Shown piece by piece: positions 42,064 through 54,061 of a stretch of 64,000 nt of DNA. Source of the DNA: Mobula hypostoma (lineage: Eukaryota); contig NC_086108.1 of assembly GCF_963921235.1 (NCBI RefSeq), forward strand, positions 28,584,001-28,648,000, written 5' to 3'. A model generated the notes under the pieces. It did not search any database and was not told the DNA's origin. It worked only from the letters and a program-made list of their open reading frames with translations. Within the stretch, counting starts at the first letter, position 1. The number at the start of each line of letters is the position of its first letter. Position numbers and translations under genes: made by a program.

Positions 42064-42378
42064 GTGTGGGCACGTGGCCAAGTGGTTAAGGCGTTCGACT
42101 AGCAGGCTGAAGTTCGTGAGTTTGAGCCCCAGCCGAGGCAGCGTGTTGTGTCCTTGAGCAAGGCACTTAATCACACAGTGCTCTGCGATGACACTGGTGC
42201 CAAGCTGTATGGGTCCTAATGCCCTTCCCTTGGACAACATCAGTGTCGTGGAGAGGGGAGACTTGCAGCATGGGCAACTGCCGGTCTTCTATATAACCTT
42301 GCCCAGGCCTGCGCCCTGGAGAGTGAAGACTTTCCAGGTGCAGATCCATGGTCTCGCAAGACTAACGGATGCCTAAGA
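42064..42378 (+). mobile_element. Full-length tRNA-derived SINE
   Basis: A box tggccaagtgg, B-box-like gtttgagcc, CORE-like gtgtccttgagcaaggcacttaa, and a 10-bp TSD agccactcat (42054-42063 and 42379-42388). Confidence 0.88.
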
Positions 42379-42595
42379 AGCCACTCATACATTCTGTATT
42401 TATTGTAACTCATAACAAAGGAACTTTGCAGTGATACATTTACATACTGTCATTTCAGTTGCTTTAACCAATAATCTTTTTTGAATGCCATACCGATTGT
42501 CAGGAGTAACTGATGGCAGAAAGGGAAAGGCAAAATGATTTCCCAATTATTCTATTGTTATGTAACCTACTACAGTAATCAAACCAATCTGCATA

Positions 42596-43625
42596 CAAGT
42601 TGAGTACCCCTTATTCAAAAACTCCAAAATCCAAAAACCTCCAATATCCAAATTTTTTTCAAGCACTGACAGACATCAAAAATGAAAAATTGCACAAGGC
42701 ACTGGGAAGGCTCCCAGGCAATGCACATAAAGCGAAAAATGAAGATCTCGATTGAGTATTGAAAGAATGCATTCATCAGCGCCTGTGAACATAGGCCGCT
42801 TTATAGTATGCTGAACATGAAACAAGCAAAGATCTATAACAACAAACTGAAAATTGAAGGTAACTGTGAATATTCAGCAGGCTGGTTGCAGAAATTTAAG
42901 AAAAGGCTCAGCATCAAATTTTTAAGGATTTAAAAAAATTTTTAAGGTGAGCACAAAGCACTGGCAAGTTTGCGAAGATCGCCACTGATGAAAATCTAAC
43001 ACCAGAAACAACTCAACAATGCTGACTGGTTTTATACCTTACATAAAACCAAAAAAAAAACCAAAATACAAATACAATGAACTGTAACCTTTCAATCAAA
43101 ACACAACATTGCAGGTAGAGACTAAAAGCCTGCCAATTCAGGTATTCTCCTGACACGGCTGTGCTGCTTTTGTTACCCTGCACACATTATATTTTCATTA
43201 TATTAATGGTATGTAATACTTTTTACTGTTAAGTGCATATGTGTGATGAACAAGTGTAAGACAAAGACTGCTTACTGGTAGTACTTAAATTCAGAGTCAG
43301 AAATGATGGCAATCCCAAGCTACATATCTCATTATCTAGCAATACACACAAATCCTATAGGAACTCAGTAGGCCAGGCAGCATCTTTGAAAAAGAATAAA
43401 CAGGCAAAGTTTCAGGCCAAGACCCTTCATCAAATGTAGACTGTTTACACTTTTCCATAGATGCTGCCTGACCTGCTGAGTTATTTCATATGTGTTACTT
43501 GGGATTTTCAGCATTTGCAGATTTTCTTGTGTTTGTGTCTCATTATATGTTCTAAAATCTGAAAAAAATCCAAAATCTGAAACACTTCTGGTCCCAAGCA
43601 TTTCAGAAAAGGGGTATTCAACCTG
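42596..43625 (+). mobile_element. Tigger/pogo-family DNA transposon derivative (Tigger4-like)
   Basis: TA-flanked TIRs caagttgagtacccctt and aaggggtattcaacctg. CENP-B-type HTH remnant KLKIEGNCEYSAGWLQKFKKR. Confidence 0.85.
43338..43538. mobile_element. Inverted pair of Penelope pLTR fragments nested in the Tigger-like element
   Basis: gaactcagtaggccaggcagcatct...tttcaggccaagacccttcatca is followed by gactgttt...atagatgctgcctgacctgctgagtt. Confidence 0.75.
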
Positions 43626-45284
43626 TACTACCTTAAATTTCATACTGAGTTACAACTGATCTCTACACTGATACAAAGGGTGTGACTTGATGGCTCTATT
43701 AGTCATTTGCTGCAATGCAAAACGTCCATGTGCTCTATTTCATACACTTTCTATCTTGCCATGACATGGTTACAGTACAACATTATTGACTGTAAATGTT
43801 ACAACCCATATCAAATTTCACTGTACATTCACTATTGTATTTAGTGGTGGTGCACACATATTTATAGCTTATAGTTCAAAGTTTAAATATTTTGGATCCT
43901 GATAGCATTGTTCAGTCTGTTGGAAAGTAATACATAACAGAATAAAGGAAGTTCATGAGACTGTATACATCCAGTATTGCATCGGAAGGAAACAACAATG
44001 GGGAGAAAGATCTAGCAATGTTATAATGTATTATTGGTGTAAACAGCATTTCTCAACCTGCTACTGAAGTGATGTTACTGAAAGATGACACATGAGCAGA
44101 ACATATTCAAGAGTGAGCTCACATAGGATTCCTGCAATGGTTATTGTTTATGTTGAGACATCCCCCGGGAGAAATTTTCACTTAATCTATAATTATCTCT
44201 CCACTTTAATCACTTTCCTACTTCAGAGGCTACAGTGCACAGGCTGCAAGAAAGCTCATTAACTTAGTGCATTTCTTCTCCCCTGTCACCGCCACTGTTT
44301 AATTGCAATGTGCGAATATTATCTATAGCCACAACTGTGGTTTTATTCATAATAAAGTGGAGGGGGGGATGGGGTATGAGGAGGGTCTCCAAGGTACAAG
44401 TCACAGCCGATTCACAGCTTTTTAATTATTTTGTGGCCAGACGCTTCTTGCAAGTTGAATAAATTGGTAACTGAGTTTATTCCCTCTTGCGCCCAGATGT
44501 CAGTTCCTGAAAAGAGATTGCAGGGGGTGGGTGGCAAGGCATTCGATACTCTGTGTAATGTGTAAATAGCCCTCCACCTCACTGGTAAATTAGGATGAGC
44601 TGCCAAAACAGTTCATCTGTCTGTCAGAGTAACTAATCAGCCCATCACTAATACCCAGTGGATAAATGAAGATTGGTCCCAGGGACCAGTTGGCTGCAGC
44701 AGTCAGTGGTGAAATGGTGTGGAGTTCAAGTTCAGTTACAGCACAATCAATGTACACAGGGTATTCCAGAAAGACTTAAGGTTCAAGATAGATTTAAAAC
44801 TCACCCCAGCTGAAACTGATAGGTGATAGGTGATAGTTGAAACAATTAAACCCATGACTTTGCTCAGCTCATCTGTTCACTGAGAAGCCCACTCACAAAA
44901 TAAACAGATGACAAACTCTTTGTGTTTGTGACATAACTAATATACAGTGATGAAAATACTGTTTACTCACAATAAAATGTTCTTTTGTAGGCTCATTTCT
45001 ATAAGCAAATCTGTTCTACTTCAGCAGAACCCTCACATCTTTTTGAAGACCCTTTAACATTGGCTCAGTTACTCTCTCCACAGATGTTGTCTGACATTCA
45101 AAGTGTTTCAGCAGTATTAGTTTTCAGATTTCCAACATCTGTAATGTTTGACATTTCCTCGCATCAACTGCTTGGATCATTACACCAGGAAGGCTCTTAG
45201 TGGAAGTGGCCAAGCTCTTCCATTCTCAAAACTAATATTTGCTCAAAGACCATAAAGATAATTTGTTTCTCAAAACTAATACTT

Positions 45285-46290
45285 ATTTATTTATTGAGAT
45301 ACAATGCGGAATAGGCATCTCTGGCCCTTTGAACCACACTGCCTAGCAATCCCCAATTTATCCCTAACCTAATAACAGGGCAATTTACAATGACCAGTTA
45401 GCCCAGGGGTCCCCAACCTTTTTTAATGTTGACAATATTCTTGCAGACCGGCTGACTGGGGGCGGGGGGGGGGGTGTTCAAGTAGAGTTAAACTCACCTC
45501 AACATGTCTTTTACAGTTAGGGTTGCCAACTTTCTCACTCCAAAATAGGGGACAAAAGTAGCAGTCAAATCCCGGGACACTTGGGTTTACACCAAGAAAG
45601 ACCATGACCATGAAGTCTTGCATGGGCACTTGAGTGCACATGCGCATACTTTCCCCCCCACAAATCGGTTTTCGCTTAATCTTCCCGACTACACTGTACA
45701 TACATTATTTCTACTTTATATAGGCTGTGTATTTATCATATCATTCCTGCTTTTACTATATGTTAGTGTTATTTTAGGTTTTATGTGTTATTTGGTATGA
45801 TGAGGTAGGTTAATTTTTGGGTCTGGGAACGCTCAAAATTTTTTCCCCATATAAACTAATGGTAATTGCTTCTGCGCTTTACGCCATTTCGGCATGCAAG
45901 GTTTCATAGGAACGCTCTACCTTAGCGGGGGAAATACCAGACAAGGACGGTCCCGTATGGGATAAACCAATTTAGCCCAATATGCGGGATGTCCCGGCAA
46001 ATACGGGACAGTTGGCAACCCTATGTTCAAGCTCAACAGTGCATAACAGGGAATGAGGAAAGGTGCTGCTGACACAAATTGTTTCCTCGCGGCCCGGTGG
46101 TTGGGGACCGCTGAATTAGTCTACCAACTGGTAAGTCTTTAGACTGTGGGAGGGAACAGGAACACCCGGAGGAAACCCATGCCTGCATGGGAGAAGGTAC
46201 AAACTCCTTACAGACAGCAGGAGGAAATGACAGCAGGTCACTGGTACCATAAAGCACTGTGCTACCGTGCTGCTCCATTGGCACAAGGGG
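45285..46290 (-). mobile_element. HE1/V-SINE-like tRNA SINE split by a hAT insertion
   Basis: Body gactgtgggagggaacaggaacacccggaggaaacccatgc...aaactccttacagacagc lies right of the hAT element, and the (ttta)n tail lies left of it. Confidence 0.7.
45404..46113. mobile_element. Non-autonomous hAT element related to 18396-19626, containing a nested TAGGGTTGCCAAC-TIR element (45518-46023)
   Basis: Ends caggggtccccaac and gttggggaccgctg, with a degenerate 8-bp TSD agttagcc/aattagtc. Inner TIRs are tagggttgccaac and gttggcaacccta. Confidence 0.85.
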
Positions 46291-48593
46291 GAATACATAT
46301 GACTGGAGTTCTTAAGTCACAATTCCAGCTGCTCATAAGGAGCACTTTATCAACAACATTATATCAGACAACGATGGAACAAGTATTGTTATGTCATCCT
46401 GCAAGAAAGAATGGAGAACTCGGGAAAAAAAAACAGATAAAGATCAGAATCCTTGGACACGTCTCTTCCACTTTCCACTCCACACCTCCTGTTTTGCTCA
46501 AAGTTTTATGCAACAGCCTTATTTCATTACGGAATTACCTCCCCCCACCCCCCCCCCCACCGGCTTTTAAAATCTTCAGCTTTAACTTTTAGAAGAAAAA
46601 CTGTATGTCTTTTCTCCTCCAAACTATTGCATTTACAAAAGTACCATTCCCAGCTCACAAACCATAATGGTTACCTATTTTACAATCTCTGTTCATGAGA
46701 CGAGTATTATTCAACACAGCTTTAATACTGGAATAATCTAGTAGGGAATGCTCTTTCACCATAATTCCAAGCATCCAAATCAGGATGAAGAGAAGTAAAA
46801 ATAGAGCAATAGGTACTCTCATCAGTGACCATCCCAAAATCCCAGCTTTCAACTACGATGACATAATAACTTCAAACAAAAATGCCAAGTTGGACAAGTA
46901 ATAATTCCTCTTTCTCCCTACTCCAGGAGGCAAGCCAATGTCCAAAACAAAACTCATGCTCATCCCATTATTCAGGGTTGAGTTATAAACCGCTTCGAGC
47001 AAGTTACTGAAAGTGTGCTAATCTACAGCTCCATCAAATTCCCCAACTAATTCTACCTCGGAGACTAAGGTGATAGTTATTTTTCTTTCTCCTCCTTGAT
47101 TCCCACATGGTACAGCAGTGACAGAATTTGGCCAGGTGGGATTCACAGGTACAAATATACGCCCTATCACCATGACACAGTGCACCTTGAGCGACAAAGC
47201 ACACTGCGATAAAGCATTAATCATTATCATTATTTCAGCTCCATTAAATAACAATTTTTTAAAAATACCTTCTATGATCTTTAATATGCAATTCTGAAAA
47301 GTACTTAAATCTTTTTGAAATAGTTTAAATTACCCTTTATTCTATTTGGAAAGTTACAGCTGAATTCCAAAAACATTCTATGCATCTTAGGTGAAAAACT
47401 CAATTTTTCACATTTTCTCTGACATAAATGTATTGTTTTTAATATCAGATGGACACCTCTCCCAAATTTTTGGTCCACTGTCAGAATTCATTTCGTAAAC
47501 ATAAAATCCCCTTTTGATTGAGGTGTTTATTGAAGTGATTTCTTCAGATGATCAGGGATTAAATAAATATGAAAAATAAAGCTTTCATTTCTCCTTTTCC
47601 ATCTTTTCCCCCCTTTTCAATCAACATGTACATTTAGTAAAACTCAGGACCAGCATCCAAGAAAGTGAAACATCAGAAGGAAAATAGAAGCAACTGAAAC
47701 ATCCATTTACACCCAGCATAAAACGTTTACTAAGCAAGTTCTCCTCTGTGATCCTGACTGCAGTTGATATACCGCCAAAAGAAGATGTTAAGCAAGCACT
47801 TAATGCATTAAGTGCCACGACTGGCAAACAAGAAACAGCCTACCTGACGCCTTTCAAATCAATCTGCTGAGGGCCAGATCGGAGGCATTCAAGTATGGTG
47901 ACCAAGAAAGTCATAAGAGGGCCAGGTACGATCTCCGGAAAGCCATCTCATGGGCAAAGTGTTAATTCCTGACTAATCTTGAATCAACGAAAGATGCTCG
48001 GCATTTGAGGCAGGGATTGAATACTATCTCTTCTTATAAAGTTAAATCAAGTGACAACAGGGCTTTGTTTCCAGATGAGCCCAATGCCTTCTATACTCAC
48101 TTTGTGAACAAAACCTGGAGGAACCATCAGGAACTCACACTGCCCCTGATGATCCTGTTACTTCAGTCTCTGAGGCTGACATGACAGCATCTTTCAGGTG
48201 GGTGAACCTACAGAAGACATCCAGCCCAGATGGGCTACCTGGCCGAATACTAAAGACCTGTGCTGATTAACTGGCTGGAGTGTTCACCAATTGGTGCAAT
48301 CAATCACTTCGGCAAACTGAGGTACCCACCTGCTTCAAACAGGCTTCAATTATACCAGTGCCTAAGAAGAACATGGTGACCTACTTCAATGACTTTCATC
48401 CGGTAGCACTTATGTGATAAAGTGCTTTGAGAGGTTGGTGATGAAACAATTCCATTGCTGCCTGAGAAGTAACTTGGATCTGCTCCAATTTGCTTACTGT
48501 CACAACAGATCAACAGCAGATGCCATTTCACTGGCACTTAATCTTAGAACATCTGGACAGCAAAGATGCATACATCAGGATGTCCTTTATTGA

Positions 48594-49130
48594 CAAGAGA
48601 AAATCTGTAGATGCTGTAAATCAAACTAATACACACAAAATGCTGGAGGAGCTCAGCAGGCCAATCAGCATCTATGAAAAAGAATAAACGGTTGATGTTT
48701 CGGGCCGAGTCCCTTCATCAGAACTGGAAAAAAAGACTAGAAAAGACAGAATAAGAAAAGAAGCTGGTGGGAGGGGAGGAAGAAGTACAAGGTAGTTGGC
48801 GATAGTTGAAACTGGGAGGGGAGGAGTGAAGTAAAGAGCTGGGAAGTCAATTGGTGAAGGAGATAAGGGGTTGGAGAAAAGGGAATCTAATAGGAGAGGA
48901 CACAAGGCCATGGAAGAAAGAGAAAGAGAACCACAGGGAGGTGATGGCCAGGGAAAGAGATAAGGTGAGAGAAATAGGAATGGTGAGGTGGGGGGGGTGG
49001 CAATTACTGGAAGTTCAGGAAATCAATATGCATGCCATCAGGTTGGAGGCTATCCAGAATGAGGCCTCATTGTGACATAGAGGAGGCCATGGACTGACAT
49101 GTCGGAATGCGAATAGGAAATAGAATTGAA
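48594..49130 (-). mobile_element. Penelope-like 3' fragment with pLTR and hammerhead motif (about 48689-48726)
   Basis: Similar to 36810-37440. Minus strand reads AGUU-CUGAUGA-AGGGACUCGGCCC-GAAA-C-AUC-AAC. Confidence 0.82.
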
Positions 49131-50085
49131 CATAGAATAGTACAGCACAGTACAGGCCCTTTGGCCCACAATGTTGTGCCGACCCTCAAACACTGCCTCC
49201 CATATAAGCCCCCACCTTAAGTTCCTCCATATACCTGTCTAGTAGTCTCTTAAACTTCACTAGTGTATCTGCCTCCACCACTGACTCAGACAGTGCAATC
49301 CACGCACCAACCACTCTCTGAATAAAAAACCTTCCTCTAATATCCCGCTTGAACTTCCCACTCCTTATCTTAAAGCCATGTCCTCTTGTATTGAGCAGTG
49401 GAGCCCTGGGGAAGAGGCGTGGCTATCCACTCTATCTATTCCTCTTAATATCTTGTATACCTCTATTATGTCTCCTCTCATCCTTCTCCTCTCCAAAGAG
49501 TGAAGCCCGAGTTCCCTTAATCTCTGATCATAATGCATACTCTCTAAACCAGGCAGCATCCTGGTAAATCTCCTCGGTACCCTTCCAATGCTTCCACATC
49601 CTTCCTACAGTGAGGTGAACAGTACTGGACACAGTACTCCAAGTGTGGCCTAACCAGAGTTTTATAGAGCTGCATTATTACATCGCGACTTTTAAACTCT
49701 ATCCTTCGACTTATGAAAGCTAACACCCCATAAGCTTTCTTAACTACCCTATCTACCTGTGAGGCAATTTTCAGGGATCTGTGGACACGTACCCCGAGAT
49801 CCCTCTGCTCCTCCACACTACCAAGCATCCTGCCATTTACTTTGTACTCTGCCTTGGAGTTTGTCCTTCCAAAGTGTACCACCTCACATTTCTCCAGGTT
49901 GAACTCCATCTGACACTTCTCAGCCCACTTCTGCATCCTATCAATGTCTCTCTGCAATTTTTGACAATCCTCTACACTATCTACAACACCACCAACCTTT
50001 GTGTCGTCTGCAAACTTGCCAACCCACCCTTCTACCCCCACATCCAGGTCGTTAATAAAAATCACGAAAAGTAGAGGTCCTCCAG
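49130..50085 (-). mobile_element. CR1 LINE 3' portion (same family as 7200-7640)
   Basis: IFINDLD, KFADDTK, YKTLVRPHLEYC, RLRELGLHSLERRR; tail at 49130. Confidence 0.93.
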
Positions 50086-51482
50086 CACTTTGTGTGCATT
50101 GATCTTTACTGACTACAGCTTGGCTTTCAAAACCATCATCCCCTCAGAACTAATCAACAAGCTTCAAGTCGTAGGCCTCAATACCTCCTTGTGCAACTGG
50201 ATCCTCTATTTTCCTCACTTTCAGCCACTAATCTCCTCCACAAACTCCCTCAGCACAGGTGCATCTACAAGGCTTTATGTTTAACCACATGCTCCACTTA
50301 CTTTATAATTATAACTGGGAGGCTAAGCACAGCTCCAATGCCATGTTTAAGTTTGCCAACAACTTTACTATCATTGGCCGAATCAAAAGTGGTGACAAGT
50401 TAGCATATAGGAGTGAATCTGAAAATCTGGCTTAGTGGTGCCATAATAACCTCTCATTCAATGTCATCAAGACCAAGGAGAAGATTAACTGACTTCAGGA
50501 GGAGAATCTGGAGGTCCATGAGCCAGTTCTTTCTGGGGGATCAGAGGTGGAGAGGGTCAGCAACTTTAAATTCCTCAGTGTTATCATTTCGGAGGATTTG
50601 TTCTGGATAAATGCCATTATGAAGAAAGTATGGCAACACTTCTATACTTCTTAGAAGTTTGTGAAGTTTCGGCATGCAACCTAAAACTTTGATAAACTTC
50701 TATAGATGTGTGGTGGAGAGTATACTGACTGGTTCCGTCACGGAAGCACCAATGCCCTTGTATGTGAAAGCCTACAAAAAGTAGTGGATCCATCACGAGT
50801 AAAGCCCTCCCCACTACTGAACACATCTACATGGAGTGCTCTCATAAGAAAGCAACATCTACCCTCAAAGACCTACGCTATCCAAGCCATGCTCTCTTCT
50901 CACTGCTGCCATCTGAAAAGTGGGACAGGAGTCTCAAAGGCCACACCACCAAGTTCAGAAACAGCTATCTCCCTTCAACTATCAGGCTGCTAAACCAGAG
51001 GGGATAACTTCATTCAACTTCACCTGCCCCGTCACTGAACTGTTCTCACAACCTATGGATTCACTTTCAAGAACTCATTTCATGTTCTCAATATTTATTG
51101 CTTATTAATTTATTAATATTATTACTTCCTTTATTTTTCTCTTTCTTTTTGTATTTGCAGTTTGTTATTTTTTGCGCATTGGTTGTTGTCCATCCTGTTG
51201 GGTGTGGTCTTTCACTGATTCCATTATGTTTCTTGTATTTACTGTGACTACCCACAAGAAAATGAACCTCAGGTTTGCATATGGTGACATATATGTACTT
51301 TGTTAATAAATTTACTTTGAACTCTGAAGGACATGTATTCACTCAGAAAGCATCTTCAAAGTTATTCATGATCAGGAAATGAAAATAACACAAAGTTAGG
51401 GCAAGTAAAGAAGAATAGAAGATACTTTGGAAAAGCGATCTGGGGAAAACTTGAAAAGGAAAATCTTGCAAGGATTTTTTTT

Positions 51483-51612
51483 GGTGGCACAGTGGTGCAG
51501 GAAGTAGAGCTGTTGTCTCACAGTCCCACAAACCCAGGCTCAACCCTGACCTTGTCCAGGTGAAATTTGCATGTTGTTGTTTTGTGTAAGTTTCCTTTGA
51601 GTGTTCCAGCGT
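51483..51612 (+). mobile_element. Degenerate tRNA-SINE head
   Basis: ggtggcacagtggtgcaggaagtagagctgttgtctcacag...gaaatttgcatgtt. Confidence 0.55.
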
Positions 51613-52249
51613 GTTTTTTTCTTGGGGCATTGAGAATACCTTCAATTTCTTTCCTCTGTCCATCTGATAATCTCCTCCCACAACAGTTCTGAATACTATC
51701 TGTTTCAGGAGCACGATGGCAGACACAGAAAAACTATCGAGTTTTGTTCAAGATATCCGGGGAAGTCAGATATAAAACTTTAAATTTTGAACTTTTCCCT
51801 CAGCTGTAAAATCAAGAAATCTTCTTTCCCCTTTAAAATATAGCAGAAAATCTAAAAAACACCTTCTTCCAAAAGGGTGCAGATGTTGGATCAACTAAAA
51901 TCTTTGTGACCAAAGCAGCCAAATGCTTTTGCCTAAAGCTATGAAGATACAAGTGAAACAAATTGTAGCAACAATCAAAATGCTGCTCCACTGCTTCGAT
52001 CTCACCGCAGCACACATTCAGGTGTATGCTCTTGGGGCTAAATAGCCCAATCCTGTAACTATGAGCTGTATATAAGTAAAAACAAAAACAAAATAATGTA
52101 GACTAGTGTAATGTCCTAGGACATTGTGGGAAAGCTAGAGAAGAATGATTGCTAATCCTGTGGTCTATTTAAGAAGTGATGTAATGAAAACCCAGGGCAC
52201 TATAGGCTGGTCAGCCTAACACCAGCAATGGTAAAGTTACTGGAGGAGA

Positions 52250-54061
52250 AGTCATAGTCATAGCCATAGTCATAATTTATTGATCCCGGGGAAATTGGTT
52301 TTCATTACAGTTGCACCATAAATAATAAATAGTAATAGAACCATAAATAGTTAAATAGTAATATGTAAATTATGCCAGTAAATTATGAAATAAGTCCAGG
52401 ATCAGCCTATTGACTCAGGGTGTCTGACCCTCCAAGGGAGGAGTTGTAAAGTTTGATGGCCACAGGCAGGAATGACTTCCTGTGACGCTCTGTGTTGCAT
52501 CTCGGTGGAATGAGTCTCTGGCTAAATGTACTCCTGTGCCCACCCAGTACATTATGTAGTGGATGAGAGACATTGACCAAGATGGCATACAACTTAGACA
52601 GCATCCTCTTTTCAGACACCACCGTGAGAGAGTCCAGTTCCATCCCCACAACATCACTGACCTTACGAATGAGTTTATTGATTCTGTTGGCATCTGCTAC
52701 CCTCAGCCTGCTGCCCCAGCACACAACAGCAAACATGATAGCACTAGCCACCACAGACTCGTAGAACATCCTCAGCATCGTCTGGCAAATGTTAAAGGAC
52801 CTCAGTCTCCTCAAGAAATACAGACGGCTCTGACCCTTCTTGTAGACAGCCTCACTGTTCTTTGACCAGTCCAGTTTATTTTCAATTCGTATCCCCAGGT
52901 ATTTGTAATCGTCCACCATGACCACACTGACCCCCTGGATGGAAACAGGGGTCACCGGTACCTTAGCTCTCTTCAGGTCTACCACCAGCTCCTTAGTCTT
53001 TTTCACATTAAGCTGCAGATAATTCTGCTCACACCATGTGACAAAGTTTCCTACCGTAGCCCTGTACTCAGCCTCATCTCAGGGGACTGTCTTGTCTCCC
53101 TTTCTCTTCACCATTTACACCTCGGACTTCAACTACTGCACAGAGTCTTGTCATCTTCATAAGTTTTCGGATGACTTTGCCATAGTTGGATGCATCAGCA
53201 AGGGAGATAGAAACATAGAAACATAGAAAATAGGTGCAGGAGGGAAGGCTGGGGCAGGTTCTGAGTTGGATGATCAGCCATGATCATAATAAATGGCGGT
53301 GCAGGCTCGAAGGGCCGAATGGCCTACTCCTGCACCTATTTTCTATGTTTCTATGTTTCTATCTCCCTTGCTGACGCATCCAACTATGGCAAAGTCATCC
53401 GAAAACTTCTGAAGATGAGAAGACTCTGTGCAGTAGTTGAAGTCCGAGGTGTAAATGGTGAAGAGAAAGGGAGACAAGACAGTCCCCTGAGATGAGGCTG
53501 AGTACAGGGCTACGGTAGGAAACTTTGTCACATGGTGTGAGCAGAATTATCTGCAGCTTAATGTGAAAAAGACTAAGGAGCTAGTGGTAGACCTGAAGAG
53601 AGCTACCGGTGACCCCTGTTTCCATCCAGGGGGTCAGTGTGCACCTATTTTCTATGTTTGCCACAGGAAACAGTTGAGGCCAGTTCATTGGCTATATTTA
53701 AGAGGGAGTTAGATATGGCCCTTGTGGCTACGGGGGTCAGGGGGTATGGAGGGAAGGCTGGGGCGGGGTTCTGAGTTGGATGATCAGCCATGATCATAAT
53801 AAATGGCGGTGCAGGCTTGAAGGCCGAATGGCCTACTCCTGCACCTATTTTCTATGTTTCTATCTCCCTTGCTGATGCATCCAACTATGGCAAAGTCATC
53901 CGAAAACTTCTGAAGATGACAAGACTCTGTGTAGTAGTTGAAGTCCGAGGTGTAAATGGTGAAGAGAAAGGGAGACAAGATAGTCCCCTGTGGAGCCCCA
54001 GTGCTGCTGATCACTCTGTCGGACACACAGTGTTGCAAGCACATGTACTGTGGTCTGCCAG
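52250..54061 (-). mobile_element. Young Rex1/Babar LINE 3' portion carrying a CR1 insertion and a fold-back duplication
   Basis: Intact 199-aa C-terminal ORF 52407..53006 ([24 protein letters not shown]), RT motifs STGAPQGTILSP and KFSDD, and a (tcatag)n tail at about 52252. Confidence 0.9.
52923..53641. repeat. Near-perfect inverted repeat with arms of about 320 bp and a spacer of about 83 bp
   Basis: 52923-53242 is the reverse complement of about 53326-53641. The near-identical ORFs 53038..53226(+) and 53343..53531(-) confirm this. Confidence 0.92.

Larger units (their letters stand above)
47800..51325 (+). mobile_element. Rex1/Babar LINE split by Penelope and CR1 insertions (48594-50089)
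   Basis: The RT reads LEHLDSKDAYIRMSFID up to 48593, resumes as FTDYSLAFKTIIPSELINKL at about 50100, and continues to the 3' tail. Confidence 0.82.

Noticed and set aside
42064..42140. tRNA gene
   Set aside because: It has A and B boxes but no full cloverleaf, and it continues into a SINE body bounded by a TSD.
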